Position numbers and translations under genes: made by a program. From contig NC_043010.1 in assembly GCF_006345805.1 (NCBI RefSeq), forward strand, positions 6,634,001-6,698,000: a stretch of 64,000 nucleotides of DNA. Direction: 5' to 3'. Source of the stretch: Octopus sinensis. Taxonomy: Eukaryota. Positions 25,806 to 38,610 of this stretch are shown one piece after another. Numbering within the stretch: the stretch's first letter is position 1; each line of letters begins with the position of its first letter. Under the pieces are notes generated by a model. It was not told the origin of the DNA. It was given only the letters and a program-made list of their open reading frames with translations, and ran no database searches.

Positions 25806-26696
25806 TCACCATATTCTCACAAGATCCAATTTAACTTTTATCTTTCCAGGGTCCATATATTTTAACTTAACCAACTGCTTCCTACTTCAAAATTTTTGGG
25901 CCTTATGCCAGCATGGGCTGCAAGGCCAATGACCAGCATAGATTAACTGACCATTCAACTAGTTGTGAATCAAAAAGGTGGATTGTCTAATGACACTAGT
26001 TAGAAAAAGTCTTTTTTACAAACACAGTAAAAGCACACGTAACATAACAAGACATCCTTCTTTATACATGGGAGGGGTAAAGCAAACAAGTAAACAAAAA
26101 AAAAGGAAAAGAAATACAAAAACAAAAGCATATTTTTTCTTCATTTTCATCTTATTTTTTTTTATTTGTAGAATTCTTGAAAGTACAAGATTAAAAACAC
26201 ATTTTAATTGTGTTTGTTGTTCTGTAAAGAACATCTTAACCTTGATTCTTTTCTCCTGTGATTCCCTTTTGACACAAATGTCTTCCATTCATTTGGAGAT
26301 CGTGAAAACAATTTAAGGTGTACTCGGGCATACATACATTGACAGCTATAACGACACCCCCCTCCCCTCCCCAACCAGTCTTCAACACTCGTTTCAGGTC
26401 CCTTTCCTTCTCCTTCTCCTTCTCCTTCTCCTGTTACTGCCTTCACTTTTGCACTTCTCAATAGTCCTGACACATCCCTTCAAAAGAAATTTCACAGGAT
26501 TACGCTGACAAAGCTGAAATGAAAGGTTCGTGGATTGGAGCTCTCCTCACAATCCACTGATCAGGAAATGTTACTGTAATGTCATTTCCTCACACATCCA
26601 TATAATTGCTTCTTTTTTTATTATTTTTAATTCAGTGATAACATCAAACATGACAATTCATGTGTTTAGTCTCCTTTTCCTTTGTTTGATTTTTTT

Positions 26697-27112
26697 CTTT
26701 TGTTTGTTTCAGTCATTAGACTGTGGCCATGCTGGGGCAAAACCTTGAAGAATTTTTAGTGAAATGAATTTACCCCAGTACCAATTTTTTTTAAAGCTTG
26801 GAACTTATTCTATTGGTTTCTTTTGCTGTACTGCTAGGTTACAGAGAAGTAAACACACCAACACCAGTTATCAAGCAGTCGTGGGGCATAAACACAGATA
26901 CAGAAACACATACACACGTAGATATACCTGTATACACACATACACACACATATATATGATGGGCTTCTTTCAGTTTCCAAATCAATTCACAAGTCTTTGG
27001 TCAGCCAGAGGCTAAGGTAGAAGACATTGGTCTAAGGTGTCACACAGTGGGACTGAACCTGGAACCATGTGGTTGGGAAGCAAGCTTCTTGTCATATAGC
27101 TGTGCTTGCACC
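26697..27112 (-). mobile_element. SINE A, diverged
   Basis: Family A body and head. Confidence 0.8.
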
Positions 27113-27230
27113 CATTTTCTTGAAATTTTTATGACAAGAAAATAATTTGAAACCTTTTTTTAGTGTGTGAATCTTTATATGCAAAAATATCAGGGGTAGG
27201 AGTGTGTATATCAGTATGTACCTGAGTATA

Positions 27231-27616
27231 GTGGAGGTGCAATGGCCCAGTGGTTAGGGCAGCGGACTCGCGGTCGTAGGATCACAGTTTCGATTCCCAG
27301 ACCGGGCGTTGTGAGTGTTTATTGAGCGAAAACACCTAAAGCTCCACGAGGCTCCGGCAGGGGATGGTGGTGATCCCTGCTGTACTCTTTCACCACAACT
27401 TTCTCTCACTCTTACTTCCTGTTTCTGTTGTACCTGTATTTCAAGGGGCCGGCCTTGTCACTCTCTGTGTCATACTGAATATCCCCGAGAACTACGTTAA
27501 GGGTACATGTGTCTGTGGAGTGCTCAGCCACTTACACGTTAATTTCACGAGCAGGCTGTTCCGTTAATCGGATCAACCGGAACCCTCGTCATCGTAACCG
27601 ACGGAGTGCTTCCACC
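27231..27616 (+). mobile_element. SINE C head with the family D tail, 11-bp TSD
   Basis: TSD acctgagtata at 27220-27230 and 27617-27627; tail matches 35891-36060. Confidence 0.9.
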
Positions 27617-28454
27617 ACCTGAGTATAATTGTGTTTGTCTGTTTTACATGTTTTGGGCATGTTGTTGTTGTTGAGAAGCAAAGTTATGCTTGAAGAATTC
27701 TAGCCATGACCATCACATTTAATTTTTTTGTTTGTTTGTTTTGCATTTCTATCAACACTATAGTCTGTGCCATTTTTTGTTTTCAAAATATTAGGTTGTA
27801 ATTTTACTGTTATTTCTAGCATGATGAGGAACTACATAGAATCTCCTTTACCTATGTCTATTTCTGTATGTGTGTGTCTATGTGGGGGATCTAATTTTAT
27901 TATATGATTTTTTTTTCCTAGGAAAGGGGTGGGGGAATGATTCGCATGCTAAATCAGAGACTTGTATCCTATATATAGTCTGTCTGATTCCTACTAAGCA
28001 GAATTATTCCATTTCTGAGATATATTTAAAATGTTTTTAGCAGAGCATTAATGGAAAGTACTTAAGCTCCAGGTAAACCCAATCTTTAGCCTGGCTATGG
28101 TAAACAATTCAAGGTTTTATATAGATAACAGATAACCATAAGAAATGCATCAATATCACAAATCATAGACTTCTCTCATTCAATATAAATCTTAGGTTGT
28201 TGTTTTTTACTGAGGCCAATCCTGACTCAGTACATCCATGAGCGAAGCTATTCCAGCTATGATCATCCAGTCTGTTTTCATATCAAAGACAAATGTATTT
28301 TCTGTATTTAAGATGATTATGTGGGATTTGAAGATGATTTGGTTGGCATTTGTAGCAGTTTGAGTTAATGTGTAAACAGTAGTGTAACCAGAATGTGTTC
28401 CACCTGAGAAGCTCTCGAACTTGCTGCTTCCCATTCCCTAGACAGGCTAATATA

Positions 28455-29027
28455 TGGTGTTATGCCCTTGCTTGATGGGGCTGGGTCATTTCAAATTAGT
28501 GGTCCCAGAAGCATCATCATGCATAGAGCCAACAGATCAACCAGTGCTCTCCATCACTGGCAGTCCTGTGCCAGCCCTTCTACATTCTCCAGGGTGATGT
28601 CAAGCTTCTGGAGATCTTTCCCAATCATGTCCAGCCATCTGGTGTGGGGCCAGTCGAGAGGCCTCTTCCAGCCCACAGCTGCTGAGCAAAATGTAGGACA
28701 ATCGTGCAGGAGAAGAACTTGTCCATACCAGTACATGTTATTGATAGCTACGAGAGGGAAGGCTGTAGGCTGATGCATGCACACATACAGTTCTTTGTTG
28801 GAAACAAGGGAAACCTAACCCTGGAGGTCAACCACAGATGTGGCCTGGCTACTACTTATGGAAGCCCCTCTTGTGCCATTACTTTGTTTAATGGAAGATA
28901 AAGCTCTCTGCATCTGCAATGCATTGGTCCTCTCCATTCTCCTCTATGGAGCAAAAACATGTCTCCTCTCGAAGGCCTTAGCAAAGAGGGTTAGTGGATT
29001 CAATAGCAGAACCCTGAGGCTTATACA
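28455..29027 (-). mobile_element. RTE-clade LINE 3' insertion with an inverted 5' segment
   Basis: Minus 28785-28455: HQPT...YWYGQVL...GWKRPLDWPHTRWLDMIGKDLQKL plus 3'UTR. Plus 28786-29027: EVNHRCGLA...NALVLSILLYGAKTCLLSKALAKRVSGFNSRTLRLI. Confidence 0.8.
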
Positions 29028-29511
29028 CCAGAACCAAAAGTGCCATCCTTGTAAAAATGCCACCAGAAACAAACCACTCTCATAACCCATCATTAACTAG
29101 ACTACTGTGTGTAAAGGTTTTATATTTTTCCAGAGAATGCAACAGTTTATCATTCCAGTATAAAGAGTGCAATAGTTTATCATTCTCCCTTTGAAAAACA
29201 ATGACAGATCCCATAAATAGATATGCTTTCAATTTTTTTCTCTTTATAGATATAATTAACACACCATTTATGAATGTTGAACAGAAAGCACAGAAAAAAT
29301 ATTATGCAATACTTAAATATGTTGCGTTATATTTTCTGTTCAAATCCTCTTGAGATCAATGTTGCCTTTCATCTATCTGGGTCTGACAAAATTAGTTTTA
29401 GATAAGTACTTTGATTAATTTAATTAGCTAAATCCATTCCTCCCAGACCTGACACTATATGCCTAACTTAAAGGTCAATGTACTTAGAATTTTTTAACTT
29501 TGAAAATAAGC

Positions 29512-29514
<3 letters not shown>

Positions 29515-29546
<32 letters not shown>

Positions 29547-29730
29547 TTAACTTCTATTTTCCATGCTGGTATGGGTTGGACAGCTTGAACAGAACTGGTA
29601 AGGCCAGGAACTGCAACAGGTTCCATAGTCTGTTTTGGCTATAACTGGGTGCCCTTCCTAATGCCAAGCACTCCATAGTGTACTGGCTGCTTTTTATGTG
29701 GCACCATCACTGGTGCTTTGTAAGTGGCAT
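29515..29730 (-). mobile_element. Family E-related repeat
   Basis: (CAT)n tttaacttctattttccatgctgg...gcccttcctaatgcc. Confidence 0.7.
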
Positions 29731-29770
29731 CCTGGTTTTATTTGGCACCCTGGTTTTAGGATTTCAATTC

Positions 29771-30003
29771 TTATTTCTTTACTACCCACAAGGGGCTAAA
29801 CACAGAGAGGACAAACAAGGACAGACAAAGGGATTAAGTCGATTATATCGACCCCAGTGCGTAACTGGTACTTTATTTAATCGAACCCGAAAGGATGAAA
29901 GGCAAAGTCGACCTCGGTGGAATTTGAACTCAGAACGTAGCGGCAGACGAAATATCGCTACGCATTTCGCCCGGCGTGCTAACATCTCTGCCAGTTCGCC
30001 ACC
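29771..30003 (-). mobile_element. SINE B with 15-bp TSD (2 mismatches)
   Basis: ttaggatttcaattc at 29756-29770 and ttaggacttcagttc at 30004-30018. Confidence 0.9.
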
Positions 30004-30024
30004 TTAGGACTTCAGTTCTGTTGT

Positions 30025-30310
30025 TATGGGTGGGTCTTTTTATGTAAAGCAATGTGCCCCATATCTCGGTCCCCTGTCATCTCCTTTACAAAGTTCAGCA
30101 TTTTGAGATCAGCCTTCAAGATTTCATCCCATGTCTTTCTGAGTCCTCCTCTTCAACAACTTCCCTCCACTTTAGGGATCAGTACTTCTTTACGCAACTG
30201 TCCTTATCCATCTGCATCACATGACCAAACCAGCACAGTCTCTTCTCTTGTACACCACATATAATTCTTCTTATGTTCAACTTCTCCCTCAATACACCAA
30301 TGCTCTGTCA
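30025..30310 (-). mobile_element. RTE/BovB-like LINE ORF C-terminal fragment
   Basis: KRRLCWFGHVMQMDKDSCVKKY*SLKVEGSC*RGGLRKTWDEILKADLKML...KKTHP. Confidence 0.85.
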
Positions 30311-31439
30311 CAAAAATTTTACAAATTTTATGTTAATATAAAAAGTACAAATTTGTATCAGTAAAAACCTGAATATTGATTTACAAATTTTGTATCAAAC
30401 CAAAATTTCACAAGGAAAACTTATAGATCTCAGTACATTACTGGTATGCATTTCATAGACTTGGAGGGAATGGAAAAATATACTGCAAAACATTTGTACA
30501 AGCATTTTATCATTTCTATCATTCCTATGTCTAAAAAATATTGAGTTATTTTTAAAGAAAAACAAATCAACAAAAACATAAAATTTAATTTAATTTCCAC
30601 TAAATTTATTTTCTGTTTAGCATTATGACAGTTAATTTTCTTAAACAACATGGTGAAAAAATATCAAAGAGAGATTAGAGAAAATAAACAAATATTTTTA
30701 AATGTATGCAAATATTTAATTCCTTATTTTACTCTTCTTAACTAATACACAGAACTTTCTGTTATTATCCAATTTTTCTATATTTCACTTTGAATTATTG
30801 ACAGGTTTAAATTTCTATTGCTAAACTGTTTATATGATTCATATACATATAAGAAATATAAAAAAAACACTTTTATGGAATGGGGATGTTTTGTCAAACT
30901 TATAACTGTAGAAATTTCACTGAGAAACTTATTCCATTCAGTGGTATAAAAGATCCATGGGCATATAAGATGCTCCTTAATTTTGGCAGTGCCCATTCAA
31001 GAAAAATTATTTTAGTGCATTAAATTTTATGGGAAATTTGGTTTTACGTATAGGATCCAGGGTGATGTTTTGAGACATATTTGGAGGGAAAAAATTTCTC
31101 TTATATACCATCAGATATGGTGTGTGTGTATAGTATAATAGAGGGTTGATGAACCCATTAATGGATATTTTCTTACCAATCTATTGAATATGGAAAAACT
31201 AAATGAAAGAACAAGACATTAATAAAGTGTGGTGCCTACAAACTACTTTTCTTTAGGATCCTGTTCTCATCTAAGATGCAATATACGTTTATTAAATCAA
31301 ACCCAGAATTCATTTAAAACGTTTTTTGTCAGGAAAGAAGACAGTGTCTGTGATAATTCACAATACCTCTAAAACTAGTGAGAGAGAGAAAGAGGAAATT
31401 ATCCTCAAATTAGAGACTTGGTTTTAATGTTTGCAACAA

Positions 31440-31848
31440 TTTCTACATTGACCCCCGTACTTAACTGGTGCTTATTTTATTGATCCCAAAAGGATGAATG
31501 GCAAAGTCAACTTTGGCAAAATTTCATCATCATCATCATCATCGTTTAGCATTCGCTTTCCATGCTAGCATGGGTTGGACGGTTCAACTGGGGTCTGGGA
31601 AGCCAGAAGGCTGCACCAGGCCCAGTCTGATCTGGCAATGTTTCTACGGCTGCATGCCCTTCTTAACGCCAACCACTCGGATGGCGCTTTTTACGTGCCA
31701 CCGGCATGGGGGCCAGGCGAGGCTGGCAACAACCACGAATGGATGGTGCTTTTTACGTGCCACTGGCACGAGGCTCAGAATGTAAAGATGGATGAAATGT
31801 CACTAAGCATTTTGCTTGGCATGCTAATAATTCTGCCAGCTTGCCACC
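31440..31848 (-). mobile_element. Old SINE B interrupted by a family E copy (31523-31776)
   Basis: B halves ...ggcaaaattt and tcagaatgtaaag... flank the E element. Confidence 0.8.
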
Positions 31849-33395
31849 CTGAAGTAGGAGTCAGAAATTGATTAATGTTTTATGTATCAACACCAAACGG
31901 AAGAATGAAAGGTAAAATTGGATCAGGTTGGATTTGAACTTGGAATGTGAAGAACCATAAAAAAATAGCACTGATATTATGTTTAATACTCTACTGATTC
32001 AGCTAATCTAACAGAGTTTTTTACTAGGAACAAGAAGAACTTACTACCTTTTCACAATACTTGTAGAAGCTTTTAAGCCGTGAAGAATGATAATATTTAT
32101 ATCATTGATAAAAGTAATGTCTTCAAAAATGATATAAAAAATACATGAATAAATTCAAAAGGAAATGTCTAGAAAAACTTTTAAAAGCAAAAATATAAAA
32201 AATAAATAACATTTACAGATGAAACTAGTCATTTTGCTACATACTTGTTAATGTCATTAACTGTAATGGGAGACATTGTCTAGTAGAGACAGTCAGTTGA
32301 CTGAGAAGACTGAATTCAAGTAAATAGCCATTAATAGCATATATTAGACTTTTTAGAATATATACATGAAAAATGAACAAAAATAATGTACAAAAGTCAA
32401 CCAAAACCACATTAATGTAATAAGCATTCTGAACATTAGATAATAATGATTGTACAATTTTATAAAATATATTGCACAAACATTGGCGGTAATGATAAGA
32501 TACAGCAAAATAAAAGACCTCAGAAGAATGATCTACAGTTAATCAAAATGCAATATCACTAACATTAGTGTGTTGGTCATAAAATCAATTTATACTGAAT
32601 AAGGTTCAATAAAACCATTTGCAAATGTGTGAAATTCAGTGAAAAATTTAGTTACTCAACTGTGTGTTAGAATATAAAACGAAGAAAAAGATAGAATATT
32701 TTCAAGCGGAGAAGAGAAAACTCATTAAAAATGGAATTTCATATTTTCATCAAGAGCTGCTTACACGGAGATATGTGCTTGATTTTGCAGTAATTAATTA
32801 TAATTTAATAAGTAAATACATAACATAAATAAAATTACTTATGTGCGAAGAGGAATTTTATGCATGGATGTGTAGCTACATGAGATTATATCATGTATAT
32901 CAATTATCCATTCACTTCCATTTAACCTCAATCAGCAGTGATGAAATATGTTCTAATGAGAATATTATATATGCTCCCACACATCCATTTGTGTATAGTG
33001 ATGTGTGTTTGTATGTGTATACATGAATATAGATAAAATATGTAATATGCTTCCATATAATATACACACATATACACATACAGATAAATATCTGTGTATA
33101 CTCATGTATATACACACACGTATATATAAATGTGTATTCATACATACACATACATACCCACAAATGTGCATGCATCCACACATACACACACAGTTACATT
33201 AATATTTTCATAAAGTAGAGTTAACAATAACTCCAACAAAAATTGAGATTGTACACTTTCATCCTGTGGTGTAAAATCTCAGTTTTAAGAACTGTTTTAT
33301 ACATACACACTATACAAATACATACATACATACATACATAAATACATACATACATACATACATACATACATACAGATATATATATAGAGAGAGAG

Positions 33396-33441
<46 letters not shown>

Positions 33442-33754
33442 GTGGAGGCACAATGGCCTAGTGATTAGGGCAGCGAACTTGCGGTCGTAGGATCGCGGTT
33501 TCGATTCCCAGACCGGTCGTTGTGAGTGTTTATTGAGTGAAAGCACCTAAAGCTCCACGAGGCTCCGGCAGGGGGTGCTGGGGATCCCTGCTGTACTCTT
33601 TCGCCACAACTATCTCTCACTCTTTCTTCTGTTGGCCTGCTCGCTTAGCCAGCGGGGTGGCATCATTTGAAGGCTAAAACAATGTGAAGCACATTGTGAC
33701 CAGCGATGTGTAGCAACATCTGATAGCCTGGTCAGTCACGGTGATCACAGTGAT
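33442..33754 (+). mobile_element. SINE C (tail type 1)
   Basis: As 22391-22693. Confidence 0.9.
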
Positions 33755-33802
33755 ATATACATATATACACACACATATATTTATATAGGTATACACACAC
33801 AC

Positions 33803-34268
33803 AAGGGTGGGGTACTGAAAAGTTCCTGGTTTTGGTTAATAGAAAATACAGAAGGATCAGTTAACTATGATTTTATTCAACATATTCCCCTCTCAGATTC
33901 ACACACATAATGCAGCAATCTTTCAGTATATATGTATACAAGTATGTGCTTTGACTACAGCATTAGAGCAATTTAGCTTTTATTTCTAGCAATGTAAGTT
34001 GTTTCTAAAGCCATAGTCTCATTTAGTGACTGTTATAATGTTCCTTTTTGGTGAAATATTGCAAAATGTTGTCTACTTTAATCTTCCGTATACACATTAG
34101 TGATTTGCTAAATCATCCATAGATTTCCTATGATGAAAACATATATACTGGTAGAGAATTAAGCAGTCCTTCAGTTTTTTGAAACAATGTAAAAGAACTT
34201 GGAAGGTTGGGCCTCCAACCAGGCCTTCTGTGATATACTTAAAGCCAGGAACTTTGTAGCACCCCATT
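33803..34268. mobile_element. Mariner-derived MITE in two halves with a ~220-bp interruption
   Basis: TIRs ggggtactgaaaagttcctgg and ccaggaactttgtagcacccc; GGGGAATATGTTGAATAA on the minus strand is the mariner GEYVE* end. Confidence 0.75.
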
Positions 34269-34293
34269 GTATATATATATATATATATATATA

Positions 34294-34748
34294 TCATCAT
34301 CATCATCGTTTAGTGTCCGCTTTCCATGCTAGCATGTGTTTGGACGGTTCAACTTGGGTCTGGGAAGACAGAAGGCTGCACTAGGCCCAGTCTGATCTGG
34401 CAATGTTTCTACGACTGGATGCCCTTCCTAACGCCAACCACTCCGTGAGTGTAGTGGGTGCTTTTTACGTACCACCGGCACAGGTGCTAGACGAGGCTGG
34501 CAAACAGCCATGATCAGATGGTGCTTTTTACATGCCACCGGCACGGGGGCCAGGCAAGGCTGGCAATGGCCACGATCAGATGGTGCTTTTTACGTGCCAC
34601 CTGCACGGAGGCCAGTCGGGGAGGCACTGGCAACGGCACGTTTGGATGGTTCTCTTACATGCCACCGGCACTGGTATCACAGCTACAATTTCCATTGATG
34701 TTGATCGATTTTGATTTTGATTTTGATTTTCACTTGCCTCAACAGGTC
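34294..34748 (-). mobile_element. Family E repeat with four internal tandem units
   Basis: tttttacgtgccaccggcac-type units. Confidence 0.9.
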
Positions 34749-35890
34749 TATATATATATATATGTATATATTTATATATATAGTAATTTACTTTTGAAGA
34801 ATAAGATTTACTGGTCATAATTCATGGTGTTATCAGTTGAGGAATTGTAAAGGCTTAGTTATAAGACCCAAACTGAAGATTTTTCAGAGAATTCCCAATG
34901 AGTTTGAAATGAAAATTTGTGCTTTGCTTCTTACTAGTATATTACACAGTTAAGAAAAGACTTTCATTTGAATTGTCTCAAGCAGCAAACATAGATGAAA
35001 TCCATTAATATTTGATGTTCCAAGCAATAGAGCAATTGATATAAAACGTATTAAAACAATTACTGTGAAGAAAAATTGACACAAAAATTGCATTATATGT
35101 TGTTCATATGAAGCAAAACTACCACAAATGCTGCTAATATTTAAAGAGAAAAGAATGCCAAAGAAAATTTTCTCAGACAGGTCTGCTTTCACATACATAT
35201 AAAAAGTTAGATGATGGTGGTATCCTACTTTGATTTGAAAATATTTGGTCAAAGGATCCAAGAAGTTTATAAATAGCTTTCTCTTCCTATCTGGGATTAC
35301 CTTGGAGCTCATAAAATGCAAAAACTAAAGGTAAAAGTTAATGAGTAAAACACAACTGGCTATTATACTTGGCAGTTTAGCAAGTCCACTGCAACCACTC
35401 AATGTTTTTATTCACAAACCCTTCTGGACTTTAATGAAGGGGGAATAGAACAATTGGATGCATGAGTAAGATTTTACTATGAACTCTACTTGATGAAGGA
35501 AAAGATAAATGCTTGCTCCAGTGTGTATTTAGGTGGAGATTTTGTAAAAAAATAAGGAATGATAAAGTGTTTAAGTCATTTAAGAAAGTGGTATCAATAA
35601 CACAATGGATGGGAATAAGGATGCCATTCTCTTTCAACATGATGTGAGATCCAATGTTTGGGGTTTTTTCTTGTATTTTTTTGAAACAAACTAAATAATG
35701 GTAAACATTTTTTATATTTTATAGTACTTTCTTATTTTGGTGATTTATGTGCTTTTGTGATTAGAACAATGTACACTAAATGTTAAAAGTATCAGACTTG
35801 ACATATTTTCTAAGAAGAATCTTTCAAATATATCTGTAGCTTTTATTTTTATTGAAACATCTGTCATGTCTTATATTAATGAAAAATATA

Positions 35891-36191
35891 GACTCCGCAC
35901 GACGACGAGGGTCCCATGATACGATCAACGGAACAGCTTGCTCGTGAAATTAACGTGCAAATGGCTGACATTACAGACATGTACCCTTAACGTAGTTCTC
36001 GGGAAAATCAGCGTGACACGAGAGTGACAGGCTGACCCTTTGAAATACAAGTACAACTAATTTTTGCCAGCTGAGTGGACTGGAGCAACGTGAAATAAGT
36101 GTCGTGCTCAGGACACAACGCGTCGCCGGGAATCGAACTCACAACCTACGATCATGAGCCGAATGCCCTAACCACTAGCACGCGCCCTCAC
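35891..36191 (-). mobile_element. SINE family D (tRNA-like head, CORE-like domain, shared tail)
   Basis: Minus: TAGTGGTTAGGGCATTCGGCTCATGATCGTAGG...GAGTTCGATTCC...GTGTCCTGAGCACGACACTT...GCTCCAGTCCACTCAGCTG. Confidence 0.85.
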
Positions 36192-36399
36192 ACAATGAAA
36201 AATATGACATATATACATATACCTAGAGATATATGTATCTATTTTCCTCTGTATGTCTCAGTACAGTCAATTAATACAGGTGGTGCATGATTGTGTACAT
36301 ATATATATACATATATATATGTGTGTGGTGTGTGTGTCTGTGTACTAATGTATATATTCATATAATTAAGCATGCTTTTATGTTTGCATTTGTGTATCT

Positions 36400-36518
36400 G
36401 AATTTAGAAACATACATACAAACAGACACACAAACAGTTTGATGGATAGAGATAGATATAAAGATGTACACACAAGCACACAAACACACACATATATGTG
36501 TGTGTGTGTGCATGTAGG

Positions 36519-36577
<59 letters not shown>

Positions 36578-36590
36578 ATATGTATGTATG

Positions 36591-36621
<31 letters not shown>

Positions 36622-36885
36622 ATATCATTGCTATTATGTTAAACTGTCGTATGTCCAAATTTGGCCAATGCTCTTTTCCAATGTTTATTTTTGCTTGCAA
36701 TAGGCAGTTCTTTTGGTCAAGTTATCATATCTCCAGCTGCTTCAGATGCCAAGATATCGAAAATTGTCAAAGTGTAGTACAACAATTTTGTTATAGAATG
36801 GTGATGCTATTCTTTCATTTTCTGAAAAAGCAACATTTTGGACTTATGACACTTTTGCACAATAGCAAAGATATATATATGTATG

Positions 36886-36935
<50 letters not shown>

Positions 36936-36957
36936 ATATATATATTATATATAATAT

Positions 36958-37040
<83 letters not shown>
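36400..37040. repeat. (TA)/(TATG) microsatellites flanking an unassigned ~250-bp insert (36625-36870)
   Basis: Seen directly. Confidence 0.8.
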
Positions 37041-37042
<2 letters not shown>

Positions 37043-37246
37043 GCAGCACGGATTTTTGTCAGTGAACAGGTCGCGGATTTTAGTGACGAAAATATTTTGA
37101 CAAATTAAACTTAAATGTTGAAGTGAATCGAACGGCTTTTGTGTGTTTCTTAAATGGCTTACAAACACCGTCCACGCTGCAATTGTTTTCGTTCCAGCAC
37201 ACGATCTCAGATCAAATCACTTGCTATGCGAGTACATCTCCGTAAT
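37041..37246 (+). mobile_element. Short non-coding element carrying the hammerhead, embedded in (TA)n; probable non-autonomous Penelope-like fragment
   Basis: ~205 bp of complex sequence flanked on both sides by TA microsatellite, with the hammerhead at its 5' end. Confidence 0.5.
37055..37104 (+). ncRNA. Minimal type I hammerhead ribozyme motif with G3-C8 core variant (Penelope/retrozyme-like)
   Basis: TTTGTCA (stem I) - GTGAACA - G - GTCGC ggatttta GTGAC (stem II) - GAA - AATATT (palindromic stem III) - T17 - TGACAAA (stem I). Confidence 0.7.
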
Positions 37247-37310
37247 ATATATATATATATATATATATATAAGAAACAAGGTGAGAAAACGTGTGTTGTG
37301 GCTAGTGATC

Positions 37311-37388
<78 letters not shown>

Positions 37389-37440
37389 CAGAGAGAGAGG
37401 CAGAGAGAGAGGCAGAGAGAGAGGCAGAGAGAGAAAGAAA
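37247..37440. repeat. (TA)n, (GATA)n, (GA)n, (GGCAGAGAGAGA)n arrays
   Basis: Seen directly. Confidence 0.9.
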
Positions 37441-38089
37441 GAGTGAGATGGATGGGTGAAAAACTTCTACAGTAGCAATGCAGACTGTAGCATTATATTT
37501 TTGTTCATTTAGTAATGTTTAATTCAGAAGTTTCGCCAACATGCAATTTGAGCTTCAGACAGGAGAACATGATACTTATTTTCTCTGAGGAATTGACCAT
37601 GTATCAGAGGAACTTCAGAGCAACGTACTGAAGCCATTAACCAAATGAAAAGTTTAATAGGCAATAATTTTTGAAAAAAATCATCCTTATAACATTACGC
37701 ATTGTGTGTGTGTGTGTGTGTATTTACAAAGTTTTTTTTTTTTATTTCAAGGTTAGTCACAATATCTGAAAATATATTTTCTGAAATTAATGATTGATAT
37801 TTATAAAACATATTTTATATGCTGATTAACACTGCATGTTGCATGAGGCTTGTGTTAATTTGATTCATCAAAAAATTTCTTTTATGTGATAAATAATTTT
37901 TCATTTAAGAAAACTTTCTCCACATATGTGTGTGTGCGTGTGTGTCAGTGTAGATGAACATGTACACATATAAACATACAGCAATCCCTAGAGTATCACT
38001 GGTGTTATTTTCCAAAATCCCTAGGAATAGGTGAAAATCCACAAAGTAGAAACAGTACTGTACTGTATATTTCTTTTTATAATTTACAT

Positions 38090-38484
38090 AGGTGCAGGAG
38101 TGGCTGTGTGGTAAGTAGCTTGCTTACAAACCACATGGTTCTGGGTTCAGTCCCACTGCGTGGCACCTTGGCAAGTGTCTTCTACTATAACCTCGGGCCG
38201 GCCAAAGCCTTGTGAGCAGATTTGGTAGATGGAAACTAAAAGAAGCCCATCGTATATATGTATATGTGTATATATGTGTGTCTGTTCTCCCCATCCCCAA
38301 CATCGCTTGACAACCGATGCTGGTGTGTTTATGTACTCATAACTTAGTGGTTCAGCAAAAGAGACCACTGGAATAAGTACTAGGCTTACAAAGGATAAGT
38401 CCTGGGATCGATTTCCTTGACTAAAGGTGGTGCTCCAGCATGGCCGCAGTCAAATGACTGAAACAAGTAAAAGAGTAAAAGAGT
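38090..38484 (+). mobile_element. SINE A, full length
   Basis: Head ggtgcaggagtggctgtgtgg; tail gagtaaaagagta. Confidence 0.9.
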
Positions 38485-38610
38485 ATATATTTATTTTATT
38501 ATAACTGCAAAACACCACCACAGAAGAATCGACATAAGCTTAAATAATAAACCACAATAGGTGAACTGTGGTACATGAACTGCAATATGGCAAGAGACTA
38601 CCATACATCT

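Noticed and set aside
26204-26473. Minus-strand ORF MSGLLRSAKVKAVTGEGEGEGEG...
   Set aside because: The best acceptor (tttcatttcag) gives stops in all three frames, and the ORF depends on a GGAGAA repeat.
26520-26600. Type III hammerhead on the minus strand (hairpin-CUGAUCA-hairpin-GAAC)
   Set aside because: The C3/C8 positions mismatch, GAAC replaces GAAA, and there is no NUH triplet or stem III.
28207-28434. Minus-strand ORF with a ctcag|GTGG acceptor (GTHSGYTTVYTLTQ...DWMIIAGIASL)
   Set aside because: It has no strong donor, a weak pyrimidine tract and no recognisable domain.
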